Part shown: piece by piece, positions 25,311-38,100 of the stretch
Layout: every line of letters begins with the position of its first letter
Numbering within the stretch: the stretch's first letter is position 1
Assembly: GCF_004010195.1 (NCBI RefSeq)
Contig: NC_057757.1
Span: 8,877,014-8,930,470, forward strand
Length of the DNA: 53,457 nt
Source of the DNA: Chiloscyllium plagiosum
Lineage: Eukaryota
Direction: 5' to 3'
Position numbers and translations under genes: made by a program
The notes under the pieces: generated by a model
Database searches by the model: none
Told to the model about the DNA's origin: nothing
What the model saw: the letters and a program-made list of their open reading frames with translations, nothing else

Positions 25311-25380
25311 CTGGCACCCCGATAGCTGCGAGGATGGGATAATAAATGGCAAAGAGCAAACCTTCTGGTGCACCATGCAT
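25311..25380 (-). CDS. GPR139/GPR142-like class A GPCR, copy 1, exon 1 (MHGAPEGLLFAIYYPILAAIGVP)
   Basis: ATG at 25380 (an in-frame upstream ATG lies at 25404). 70 nt ending CCA G|GTACTGT, a phase-1 GT donor at 25310. Encodes a short N-terminus and the first half of TM1, and joins exon 2 in frame to give the TM1 motif GVPAN. Confidence 0.88.
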
Positions 25381-25417
25381 TTCGGAAGGTACAATACTCC
25401 ACATGAAGTGGGAGAGA

Positions 25418-25425
25418 TATTTATA
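25418..25425 (-). promoter_or_regulatory. Candidate TATA box of GPCR copy 1
   Basis: TATAAATA about 40 nt upstream of ATG 25380; degenerate at the equivalent site in pseudogene copy 2 (about 39775-39787). Confidence 0.45.
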
Positions 25426-25526
25426 TCTGAAGTGAACCTCCCAGGAGCATTGAGATGTTTTGAATTTGGAAATTAATTCAGAAATTTCAACAACAAAAAT
25501 GAAATTGTTTAGAAATGGGTTTGACT

Positions 25527-25534
25527 TGACGTCA
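25527..25534. promoter_or_regulatory. Full palindromic CRE/ATF site TGACGTCA upstream of GPCR copy 1
   Basis: Exact consensus about 100 bp upstream of the TATA candidate; the paralogous site in copy 2 reads TGACACCA (about 43793). Confidence 0.4.
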
Positions 25535-25929
25535 TATGCACCAAAAGTGAAATGTGAAAAACCCCTGTCTGATTTCAGTCACATATCCTCAGGAGAAAAA
25601 AAGGGACAAAAGAATGGACTCATTATTACAGCAAGGACAGAAAATGCTGGAGAAACTCAGCAGGTCTGGCAGCATCTGGAGGGAGAGTTAATGTTTCGAG
25701 TCTGGTATGACACCTTTCAGAACTGAGTTCTGTGTCAAAACAGATTTGATACATTACATCTGTGTTATGGTGCGCATTGCTGTATCTCTACATGCAGGTC
25801 CATTTAGACACAAGCAAGATAGAGAGTATTTATTTCAAAAGTAAAGTATGAGATGGGAAAGACTGTAATATCAAGATTATCTGAACACTAGAGTTCAGGT
25901 GAGGCTGACTAACTTTAATATCAAAGTCG

Positions 25930-27135
25930 TGTTTGACAGGGTTTGACTTCAAGCAGCACTTGCAAATCTGAATTTAAGGGGACATGGGGAAAATTCCCTG
26001 CTGGTTATAATCAAACGTGGTGTATAGGAAAGTGCAGTAGCTGTTGGCCATCAGACGTGTCTGCTCCATCGACATATTTGCAGAAGGTGCTCAGGGTAGA
26101 GATAGATGCTCAATCTTTCCTTCATCACATTATCTGAAGTGGGGATGTTCGCCGATGATTGCACAATGTTTCAGCTCCATTTGCAACTCCTCAGATGGTG
26201 AAGCAGTCCATGTTCAAATACAGTGAGACCTGGACAATATCCAGGCTTGGACTGACACGTTGCAAATAGCACTGGCCCCACTGAAATGGCAGGCAATGAT
26301 CATCTCGAATAACAGTCAAGCTCATTGACCTTTCACTGATGTTACCATCACTCAAACCCCCAATATTAACATCCTTGGGGTTAGCATTGACCACAAGTAG
26401 AACTGAACCTGCTATATAAAAATGATTTTCATAAAAGTAAACCTGCTAGATGCTTAGAATGTGTTAAAAGTACCTCTCCTCTTGAATCCCCAAAGCCTGT
26501 TTACCGTCCACAAAGCACATGTTAAGAGTGAGACACGACATTCCCCTCTTGCCTGGATCAATGTAACTAAACAAAAATCAAGAAGCTTGATATCATCCAG
26601 GACAAAGCAGCATGCTTTAATTGGCATCACATCCACAAACATCTATTCCCTTCACCACTGTTGCTCAGTAGAAGCAGTATGTACCACCCACAAGTTGCAC
26701 TGTAAAAGGTCACTGAAGATCCTTAGACAACACTTTCCAAACGACAAGGGCACCAGATACATGAGAACACCAACCCCTACACATTCACATCAAAGCCACA
26801 TACTATCCTGACCTGGAAATATATCGCTGTTCGCTCAGTGTAACTTAGTCAAAATCCATTAAGTCCCTTCCTAAAAGTATTGTGGGCTTCCCTACACCAC
26901 ACAGACCACAGCAGTTCAAGAAGGCAGCTCACCACCACTTTTTATGAGGGAGCAACTGGGAATAGGCAAAATATACTGGACCAGCAATGTCCACATTCTG
27001 CATGTGAATAACAAAAGGCGAATGCAGGTAAATGCAGAAACAGCAGTACATCTGAACACAACACCACTGTCTTCGCTGGGGACATGAGGGATGGACCATA
27101 AATGCTGTTTTAGCCAGAGATCCCCGCATCCTATG
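25930..27135 (+). mobile_element. LINE RT and 3' tail (family of 39853-43765)
   Basis: gggatgttcgccgatgattgc encodes MFADDC; same 3' tail as 43690-43765; 5' part paralogous to 44190-44600. Confidence 0.8.
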
Positions 27136-27904
27136 CACAAAGTAAATATAATTGAGATTGAGATGAGTGTTTAGAATAAGAAGCACTATAAAGTATTCAA
27201 ACTTAAATTTAACATAAGGTAAATAAAAGTGTCAAAGAAAAGATAATGATAATGGATTGGCAACTGATGCAGAAATGTGGCCGTTCTACAAATTTGGTAA
27301 CGGTAATAAGATAAATGCTGATTGTGTCCCAAAATAACAAACGTAGATATTACACACGTAGCTGAGGTAATAAATGAGAAATTGAGATCTGTTTCATGGG
27401 GGATGAATAGAATGGCACAGCCACAGGGAGAGCGTGGGAGCAGAATATTTATGCATATTTCAGACTCAGAGAAATAGATCCTTGTCGGAAATTATTACTG
27501 CAGATGCTGGAATCTGTACTGAAAACAAAAAAAATGCTGGAAATCACAGTGGGTCAGGCAACATCCATGGAGAGAGGGCAAGTTAACTGTTTATTTTCAT
27601 TAGCGATGTGTCTTTGATATGTCGGGGAATCAAGTGTTACCGGGAAAATGCAGGAAGGCAGATGTGAGCATGTCAGATCAGCCATGCTGCTATTAAATGT
27701 CGGAATAGGCTGGAGGCGACAAATAAATGGTAGGTCCTAGTGGAATCCTGAGAAAGAAAGGGAGCTTGGTGTACCAGTCCATCGATCACTAAAGCTGTCA
27801 GGAAAGTTACACAGATGGCTAAGGAGATATAAGAAATGCTAGTCTTCTTTAGGTAGGGAATATAAAATTTAGAGTACAGAATCTGAGTGTATCCCAGAAA
27901 ATTC

Positions 27905-30900
27905 CTACCTTAAAAATGAGTTCTTGCTGAGGAAATGGAGACTATCACATATTAAGGCAGATGTGAAATGGGCATACTTTCAGCAAGTTGTACTACCAGT
28001 GTAAGATAGAAAGGAGGTGCTGCGGGTAACAGATGAATTACCAGTAGGAGGTCATTTGGAAGTAAGGAAAACTCAAGCCAAAATACAAAGTAGTTTGTAT
28101 TGACCTGGACTGCACGGAGATGTGGTTGAATTATGTAGGACACGTCATGCATGTCAGGTAATTGGAAAACCTCAGACAGTGATAAAACCAGCGCATTTAA
28201 TACCCATTTCTGTTTTTGAGGAACCTTTTACAAGAATTTTAATTGACTGAGTTGGAATCTTATCGAAAACAAAAGCTGGTAAATAATATTTGTTGCCCAG
28301 AATGATGTATCCATTGGATTGTCAGAATCCATTCCATTGCATTGTATCCCTGCAAAAAGGATTGTCGTAGAGTTCCTCAAATCTTCCATGAAATACCGAC
28401 TACACACAGTAAAACAATCAGATCAAGTGCCAAATTTTACAAAAAATTATGTAAGCAAGTGCACATCTTATTACACATCATATAGGTTAAGGAAATGCTG
28501 TTTGAATTAAATATCTTCCTTATACACCTAACCCTCTGAAGTTGGCACAGCTTTACAAAGAGATTGTACACTGAATCAAATACAACAGTAACGAAGAAAG
28601 TTGCAGGGAACGGAACTCACCCATAGGAATGGTGCCAAAATCGGATGGTACCCAACGACCACGAATGAATTACCACAAAGCCTATGCAGTTACGAAGTCT
28701 GTATCAAATCATATTCCACATTTGCAAGAATATATTGAGAAGGTTGGACAAGCAACTTATATTTCTAAGTTTGACCTACTCAAAGAATATTGGCAGGTAT
28801 CTTTCTCTGCAAGAACAAAGACTTGTTTTATCTTTTGTGACGCTGATGGGACCATACCAGTTTAACATCTTCAGAATGAATCCTTACAATGTATAGATTC
28901 CCGACAGTGTGGAAATGTCATGCTGTTTGGTAGGCAGAATGTGCTTGATGCAGTCTCCTTTACATTGGGGAGATTGGACGCCTTCTCACAGAGCCTTTCA
29001 GAGAACATCTCTGGGACACCCACACCACCGCCCCGTGGTCCAACATTTCAACTCCCCCTCCCACTCTGCAGAGGACATGCAGGTCCTGGGCCTCCTTCAC
29101 TGCCACTCCCTCACCACCCGACGCCTGGAGGGAGAGCGCCTCATCTTCCGCCTCAGAACACTTCAACCCCAGGGCATCAATATGGACTTCACCAGTTTTC
29201 TCATTTCCCCGCCCCCATCTTACCCCAGTTCCAACCTGCCAGCTCAGCACCATCCTCATGACCTGTCCTACCTGCCAATCTTCCTTCCCAACTGTCTGCT
29301 CCACCCTCCTCTCCGACCTATCATCTTCATCCCCACCTCCATCCACCTATTGTACTCTTGGCTCCCTTCTTCCAGCTCCACCCCCTCCCATTTATCTCTC
29401 CACCCTGGAAGCTCCCTGCCTCATTCTTGATGAAGGGCTTTTGCCCAAAATGTCGATTTTCCTGCTCCTCGGATGCAGCCTGACCTGCTGTGGTTTTCGA
29501 GCACCACTCTAATCCAGACTGTGATCTCCAGCATCTGCAGTCCTCACTTTCGCCTAGATACATTTCAAGATGAACCAAGAAAGTCATTTCTGGATCATCC
29601 AATTTACAGCATCTAATGTAATTATGTGATGAACTTCGGGAAGCAGACTTGTTAATGTAGCTGGCTAAGAATGAGTTTGCAAATCCCCAATCACATTCCT
29701 GGGCCATGCTACCAGACATGGACAGAAGAACCCAAGGCATTTGAAAGCAAATGTTATTGGGAAGTTTCCCACACTATCGATGAAGAAGACAGTACTGCAA
29801 TTCCTGAGATTGGGTGAACATTTGGTTAAAGTTCTTATTGAACTTTAGCAGAGTGGATGCTGCACTGACTGATTAATTGAATAAGTGCAGATAATTACTG
29901 TGGATGGCGGACTGTCAGAAGGCATTTGACAGCCTGAAAGCTGTGGTTCACCACTGCCCCAGTGTTAGCCACATCAAATTACATGAAGCCATTCAGGTGG
30001 CTATCTATGTGGGTGTCAGTGCTGCACATTTAAAAGAAGATGACAAGAAGAATAGAAAGACCTATTAGGTATTTTACCAGAGAACGGAATAGTCATCAAA
30101 ATGAAAATTCCACAATTGACCTTGAGCTTGGTGTTGGTGCTGCAACAATTCAACATTTATTTTGCCAGTAATATGTCGGTGAAAATTGTACATAACCCCT
30201 TCAAGACTTTGGAGAAATTTAAGGATAAAAATTCCGGACTGCTTAGATGGAGTTTATTACTGCAGCAATTGAATTTGAAAATTATATACGTAGCAGGACA
30301 AGAAAATTTAATTGCTGTAGTGTTTTCATGAATTTGGTGAAGGAAGACGGAGGTGTTCAATGGCGGAACAAATGAACTGAACTAAACTGTAGCAGGGACT
30401 GTTTGCATGCTTGGAGTCAATGTAATGTATATGTATTGTAAAGTACTACTAACATTAAGCCAGGGGTTTTTTAAAAAATGAGGCCATCTTTGCATAAGGC
30501 GGGGAGGAGTGACAGCACTATAGTATTAAGAGAAGTACTTTGCCCTGGTATTTTCATGAAGCTGACTTAAGAAGCAGGAGCCAAGCAGTCCGCTTCGAAG
30601 CCAATAAACAACTTGTGAGGACTTGATTTTTGTTTAGAGATGGAATAATAGAAGCAACCTGATTGGGTAGGGTCAAGCTCCCACATAACCAGGACTTTTA
30701 GTATTAGTTTTCTACAGTTTCTGGAGCCTTTAAGCTGGATGTAAAACCTCTTATTACTTTCTTTGTTACAGCTAACAGGGCGGATTTTCTTTCTGCTACT
30801 GCAATTGGGTGTGAGACAATCTATTTTTTCTGAGTTTGCTTTAACCAAGTGTGTCTTTACTGAATATTACTGTAGTGGAACAGTTAATTTATGCTTTATT

Positions 30901-31122
30901 CTGTTAAGCACTTCGACAGAGTTACAGTTAAGCCAAATCTTTTGGTGTTCTTTCGTCTGTATTTTAACAGTAGTGTAAAATTTAAATGTGTTTTGCTTAA
31001 AGCCAAATCTTTTGAACAATTGCATTTCATATGAATGCAACCCTTAGACTTACCTTGAAAATAAGAAATCGTCCCAGGTATCTTATTCATATACTTTATG
31101 GAGGTTTAGTCTGGTCTGTAAG
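27905..31122 (+). mobile_element. Gmr1-type LTR retrotransposon 3' part: integrase, RT, RNase H, 3' LTR
   Basis: Integrase GGHLEVRKT..CRTRHACQ..EEPFTRILID (28050-28300); RT VPKSDGTQR...KFDLLKEYWQV (28629-28865); RNase H HNPFKTLEKFKDKN..LLRWSLLLQ (30101-30331); purine tract ggggaggag then LTR about 30508-31122. Confidence 0.82.
28905..29555 (+). mobile_element. Penelope-like element (GIY-YIG plus terminal repeat) nested in the LTR element
   Basis: RPVVQHFNSPSHSAEDMQVLGLLHC...RLIFRLRTLQPQGIN; degenerate hammerhead box about 29427-29456. Confidence 0.88.
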
Positions 31123-31139
31123 ACACGATCTGGCCACTG

Positions 31140-33090
31140 TAAACTGGGAACAGCATCTTGCGAGTAATTATGCAACAAAGCACTCGGGGTTCATTCAAAA
31201 GGGAGCTGAGGAGAGTACAGTTCCAACATGTACCCTTTAAAGGAAAATATAGGACCAATAAGTTCGGAGATCTCTGGATGATTCCGATAATTTAGGACAA
31301 AATATGGAAGAAGAGCAGGACTTTTAGCAAGTCCAAAGGGAGTAATTCAGCTGTGTCCCGAGAGGAATATAACAAGTGCCAAAGGGAGTTAAGAACGCAA
31401 TCTTTAACAGCAAAAAGGGGTGTCAGAAAGGATTGAAGAACAGGATTATGGAGAATTATAAGGTATTTTATAACTCTGAAAAGGAGAAGAGGTTAATCCG
31501 GGAACAAAGTGGAAACGCGTGTGTGAGGCCTCAGGATATCGGCAGAGTGTTAAAAGGATATTTCTCTGTCGCCTTTACTTTATAAAAGAAGAATGTTGAT
31601 ATGGTATACAGGAAAAGGGACTGTGAGGAACTTGCACAGTTTGCCCTAGGAAATGTGGAGGTATTGGAGGCTATGTAGGGGTTGAACATCAACAAATCCC
31701 TTGGTCCAGATGAATTTCATCCCAGGCTGCTGTTGGAGGTGAGGCAGGAAATTTCAGGGGCTATGCTGCACAGTTTTAATTCCTCTCTTCCTACGGGACT
31801 ACTGCCAGAGGATTGGAGGATAGCTAATGTGGTTCCATATTTTAACACGAGAGTTAGAGGTGAATCAAGAAATTACAGACTGGTGAATCTTACATCAGTG
31901 GTAGAGAAACCTTTGGAGCAAATTCTGAAGGAGACAATTAATAAGCACTTGTAAAGGTTTGGCTTAATTATGGATTGTCAGCATGGTTTTTTTTTAGAAA
32001 AAGGGCATGCTTAACTAACTTGCAGCAATGTTTTCAAATGTGATCAAGTGGGTAAATGAGGAAAGTTTAGTTGATGTGGTTCATATAGAGTTTGGCAAAA
32101 ATTTTGATGAGGTTCCACATGGGAGACTGATTGAGAAGGTTAAAGCACACGGAATAGAGAGAAACTTGGTGAGATGGATCAGAAACTAGCAGAGTAATAG
32201 GAAACAAAAAGTAGATGGCTGTTTGAGTGACTGGAGGCTGGTGTCCAGTGGTGTTCCACAAGGATCAGACTGAGATTCTTATTGTCTGTTATATACAGAA
32301 ATGATATTGGTGACAATGTGGGGGGAATGTTGAGCAAATTTGCACATAATACCATGACTGGCAGTGTGGTTAGAAGTGAGCAAGGTGGTTGTAGGTTACA
32401 GAAAGATGTCAATGAGTTGTTTAGATGGGCAAACCAGTGGCAGATTGTATTTAGAACAAAGAACAATCTTGGTATACTTTCCTTTATTGGTCACAGTATT
32501 GAGTATAGGATTTGGGAGGTCATGTTGCGGCTGTACTCGACATTGGTGAGGTCACTTTTGGAACGTCGCGTGCAATTCTTGTCTCCTTCCTGTCAGAAGG
32601 ATGTTGAAAGGGTTCAGAAAAGATTTACAAGGATGTTGCCAGGGTTGGAGGATTTGAGTTAAAGGGAGAGGCTGAACAGGCTGGGACTGTTTTCTCTAGA
32701 GCGTTGGAGGCTGAGGGATGACCTTACAGAGGTTATTAAAATCATGAGAGGCACAAATAGGATAAACAGACAAGGTATTTTCCCTGGGGTGGGGGACTCC
32801 ATAACTAGAGGGCACGGGTTTAGGGTGAGAGGATAAGATATAAAAGAGACCTAAGGGGCAACGTTTTCATGCAGAATGTGGTGCATGTATAGAATGAGCT
32901 GCCAGATGAAATGGTGGAGGCTAGTACAATTGCAATATTTAAAAGACATCTGGATGGTTGTATGAACAGGAAGGGTTTGGAGGGATTTGGGCCAGGTGCT
33001 GGGAAGTGGAACTAGATTAGATTGGGATATCTGTTCAGCATGGACGAGTTCTTTGAAGGATCCGTGCTGCACATCACCATTACTCTATTA
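31140..33090 (+). mobile_element. Old CR1 ORF2 (unit 2) joined to a younger CR1 3' end (about 32468-33090)
   Basis: KSLGPDEFHPRLL...PEDWRIANVVP; LYSTLVRSLLE...VQKRFTRMLPGL. Confidence 0.85.
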
Positions 33091-33904
33091 CTCTAATAAG
33101 GCAAAAGAACATACTTTCAGCCCACCAAGCCTGCGTGGGCACATTTTGCCCTTCCATACTGAATCTGTTTTAACCTATAGGATCCCTCTATTCCCTCTTA
33201 TTCATACATCCATAGAGATGTTTCATGAATGCTGCTTTGTGTCTGCTTTCACCACCTCCTCTGGCAGCACATTCCAGGTATTCACCACAAATGTTTGTGT
33301 GAAAAATTTACCTTGCACATCTCTTTTAATCGTCGAACTCCCGCCAATAACCTGTGTCCCCGCATATCTGTCCCCTCCACTCTGGGAAAATGACTCACAC
33401 TATCCCCCCTCGTCATTCACAACCTTATAAACTTCTATTGCCCCTCAAACTCTTGCATTCCAGTGGAAACAAACCCTGTCTATCCCACCTTCCTTGTAGC
33501 TAAAATCCCCCAGACCACGCAACATCCTAGTAAATATTTCCATACCCTCTCCAAAGCATCCATATATCCAAATCATTCTGAAACAGGTTATATCTCAATG
33601 GTCTCAATAGGTTATTGACATGAGTTAGGTGGAGGTAGTCACACCTCAGGTACAAGAAGAAGGCAGATGGGTTACTATCAGGGGATGGAAAGTGAACAGG
33701 AAAACAGTGCAGGGAACACTCTTGCAATACACCACAATTACAAATATACCATTTTGGATACTGGGGAAACATGACATCTTAACTGCATATAAACTAGGAC
33801 CATCAGCCGATGGACAATGTTTCTGGAATCTAAATAGGGAACTAGGTAAAATGCACAGGAAGGTTGCTACAATCGAGCTAATTAAGAATTATCGCTGGGA
33901 ATGG

Positions 33905-34910
33905 GCATTGTAAATCGATCAAACATATGATCATTTTAGAGAGAGGATTATTCTTAGAAGTTCAAAATTCACTTCCTGAGGTTCTGATGACTCACCTGGA
34001 CCAGCAGAGTGTTATGACAGCAAGATTAGCAACAGAAAAGGAATCTGATTATGAATTTGTTCAAAAATCAAAGTTTAGCTTCTGACATCGTTTCAGCCCG
34101 TAAAGGATAGAAATTAGTGAAAAGAGAAATTCTCAGGTGGTAAAGGAAAAGAAGATCACAAAATAAGATAGCAACGATAGTTTGTCACAGTGTGAAAAGG
34201 AAACCAATGAGGGAGAAAGGGAAATAAAAAAAAAAGCTGAGGTGCTTTCATCAGTTTACCACATGAAGCCAAGGTCTTGGTGGTTGGGACATAGCGCTGG
34301 GTAAATGAATGTGGGAGAACAGGATAAACCAGTGTTTTTTGTGGAAGTGGTAAAGGAAAGCACAGTGGAAACCAAAAATATACAAAAGGATGCACAACCT
34401 AGTCAGCTTGAGAAGAAGGTGTGAGATCTCTTTAAAAATTTACTTTCTTGAGTAAGATTTACTTATGAATGCAAGGACGAGTAGACAAAGAAATGAAGAT
34501 TGTAAGAAACAGGCTGGAGCAAGTCATCTGACAAGAGAATTATAATTCAGGAGAAGTTTTGCAGGTCATGTTAAGAATAACATTGCTCCATTATATAAAG
34601 TGAGGTTGGAAAGATTGATGAAGTGGTGGTAGGAGTAATAGAGACATTATTAGTTTCATAATTACGGTTTATATTTGGTAATGACATAGCTGGATCGCAG
34701 GTGGGAGTGATGTCTAATGTGTTTGAAAGGCCAATGGAAAATCAGGCTACCGAGGTACTCCAGGAAGTATACACTGGGATTTTTCCTCATTGTGTGGTAA
34801 TGAGGTCACAAAGCCCCAGGTAGAAACAGGACGCTGTTCATTGCGACCAGCTGAGGGAGGGGAATTTGAGATTGTATCCCTGTGCTTGCAGTTATTGAAT
34901 CACTCAGCAG
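33905..34910 (+). mobile_element. Gypsy/Gmr1-like gag-protease fossil (unit 2)
   Basis: Paralogous to 17720-19750 without the solo LTR. Confidence 0.78.
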
Positions 34911-35162
34911 GGGGAGCTGTCCGTATCTGTCTCCCAGGGTTGGGGATTCTAAATCTGAACGCAATGCAGGACAATATAAAGGAGCTGCCTGTAAAGGTTG
35001 CGTCCTTAAAATTGTATCCCTGAATGAGACTGCATTCGTTTGTAAGAGACTTCTTAAGTCGGATACAAGAAAATTGGGATGACTTGTAACTTCACAGTCT
35101 CTGTACTGCATTAGCTGGAAGACTACAGGATGAACTTTAATTCATTAAATGTTTGCTAAATA

Positions 35163-38100
35163 TCAAAATTTAAAAATCTTTGTAAGGAAACTGAAGGAAA
35201 ATTTAATCCCACTCCTTTACTCATTTTTGAACTTACTCTGGGTCCCCGCATAAATAAATGGATTCATACAGGAATTTAAGATCTGACACATATACCCACT
35301 TTCTTCCAGGTTGAAATTGGACTCAATGTAATTGGAACGCGAGAAATATCTCATGTTAGTAATTCGGACATAGAGAAATCTGAACAGAAATAGCACCCAT
35401 AACAGGAGCAATCTGCCCGAGATACAGAAGAGCAGGATGATGGACTTTCTCCGGTTCCTCACCTCTATGTCATTCTATATGCTTGTATGTTTGCTGTATG
35501 TTTGTCGACAAGGATATGGAGTCTTTTGTGAATTCGAATGGCCTTCCGAATTTGTCTAACAGTTGCAGTATTGAGCAGTAAGATCAAAACGAATGGGAGA
35601 CAAGGTGTTAAAATGCGATGAATCCAAACAAATGCAGCACATGCAGCTGAGCATGAGATACAGACTTAACTTTGCAATGCCATGGTAATTATGAATTGTA
35701 TATCTTGGTTCATATATGAAATACTAGAATGTTGTTTTGATACAGCTCACGCCACAAACTGCCCCAATAACCACAGCTGTTACTTTCTCTGTGCAATATC
35801 TTGTCGTCAATTTCAGGCAAGAAATGGCTACCAACCGATGAATAGCGAATACAACAGATGCCCAGACAGAACAATTCCTGGGTCCAGACGTTAGGACAAA
35901 ATTTACACTACAGATGCTGAATGGGAAGTAACATCCAACCATACATTCAATATTTCAGCTGTAATAATGACCATCAGGTCGGTTAGCGACATGGATACAA
36001 AGTAGTAAGTGCGACATCGGGACAGACCGCACATGCGTCTGGAAAGGATCATGATAACTGACAAGATTTATAAGAGTACAAAGGCAGTAGGAGTATACTT
36101 ATGAGGGAAACCAGGAGTGTAAAAAGGAGACATGCAATATATTGGGCAAATAGGGTTTGCAGGGAATCAAAAGGGTTGTTACAAATGCATTAAGGACAAA
36201 AGCGTAACTAGGAAGTAAATAGGCCCCCTCAAAGATCAGCAAGGCAGCCTTTGTGTGGACTCTTAGGAGATGGGGGAGATACTGAACGAATATTTCGCAT
36301 CAGTGCTTACTGTGGAGAAGGACGTGGAAGATATAGAATGTGAAGAAATAGACGGTGACATCTTGAAAAATGTCCATATTACAGAGGAGGAAACGTTGGA
36401 TGTCTTGAAATGCATAAAGGTGGATTAATCCCCAGGACCTGATCAGGTGTACCCTCAAACCCTGTGGGAATCTAGGGAAGAGATTGTTGGGCCCCTTGCG
36501 GAGATATCTGTATCATGGATAGTCACAGGTGAGGTGCCAGAAGAGTGAAGGTTGGCTAAAGTGGTATCATTACTTAAGAAAGTTGGTAAGGACAAGCCAG
36601 GGAACTATAGACTGGAGAGCCTGATGTCGGTGGTGGGGAAGTTGTTGGAGGAAATCCTGAGGGACAGGATTTACTCATATTTTGAAAGTCAAGGGCTGAT
36701 TAGGGATAGTCAACATGGCTTTGTGCGTGGGAAATCATGTCTCACAAACTTGACTGAGATTTTTGAAAAAGAGGATTGATGAGGGCAGAGTGGTAGATAT
36801 GATCTATATGAACTTAACTAAGGCATTTGACCAGGTTCCCCATGGGAGACTGTTTAGCAAAGTTAGATCTCATGGAATACAGGGAGAACTCGCCATTTGG
36901 ATACAAACTGGCTCAAAGGAAGAAGACAGAACCTGGTGATGGAGTGTTGTTTTTCAGACTGGAGGCCTGTGATCAGTGGAATGCCACAAGGATCGGCGCT
37001 GGGTCCACTACTTTTCATCATTCATATAAATGACTTGGATATGAACATAAGAGGTATAGTTAGTAAGTTTGCAGATGATATGAAAAATTGAAGGTGTAGT
37101 GGACAACGAAGAAGGTTACCTCAGATTACAACAGGATCTTGATCAGATGGGCCAATGAGCTGAGAAGTAGCACATGGAGTTTAATTTAGATAAATGCGAA
37201 GTGTTACATTTTGGGAAAGCAATCCTGACAGGACGTATGCACTCGATGGTAAGTTCCTAGGGAGTGTTGATGAACAAAGAGACCTTGGAATGCAGGTTCA
37301 TAGCTGCTTGAAAGAGGAGTCACAGGTAGATAGGATAGTGAAGAAGGCATTTGGTATGTTTTCCTTTATTGGTCAGAGCATTGAGTATAGGAATTGGAAG
37401 GTCATGTTGCAGCTGCACAGAACATTGGTTAGGTCACTGTTGCAATATTGTGTACAATTCTGGTCTCCTTCCTAGATGGAGAATGTTGTGAAACTTGAAA
37501 TTATTCAGAAAAATTTACAAGGATGTGGCCAGGGTTGGAGGATTTGAGATATAGGGAGAGGCTGAATAAGCTGGGGCTGGTTTGCCTGGAGTGTCCAAGT
37601 TTGAGCTGTGACCTCATAAAGGTTTATAAAATCATGAGAGGCATGAGTAGGATAAATAGACAAAGTCTTTCGCCTGGGGTGGGACATCCATAACTGGAGG
37701 GCATAGGTTTACGTTGAGAGGGGAAAGATATAAAATGAACCTAAAGGGCAACGTTTTCACGCAGAAGGTGGTGCGTATATGGAATGAGTTGCCAGAGGAA
37801 TTGGTGGAGGCTGGTACAATTGCATGACTTAAATGGCATCTGGATGGGTTTATGAATAGGAATTGGAGGGCTATGGGCCAAATTCTGGCAAATGGGACGA
37901 GATTAGGTTGGGATTTCTGGTCGGCACGGACTGAAGGGTCTGTTTCCGTGCTGTACATCCTTATGACGATATGACTGTTAGCTGCAATATGTAAAAGGGT
38001 CACAATCCAAAGGATGGAGACAGTCAGACTATGTCAGCAGAACCATAACACTTGACTCACCAAATAAAGTTTTACTGAAAACAATTCCGTAGCCTATAAA

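Noticed and set aside
20301..25380. Assigning the symbol GPR139
   Set aside because: The resemblance is family-level only; it is a divergent multicopy paralogue and orthology cannot be shown here.
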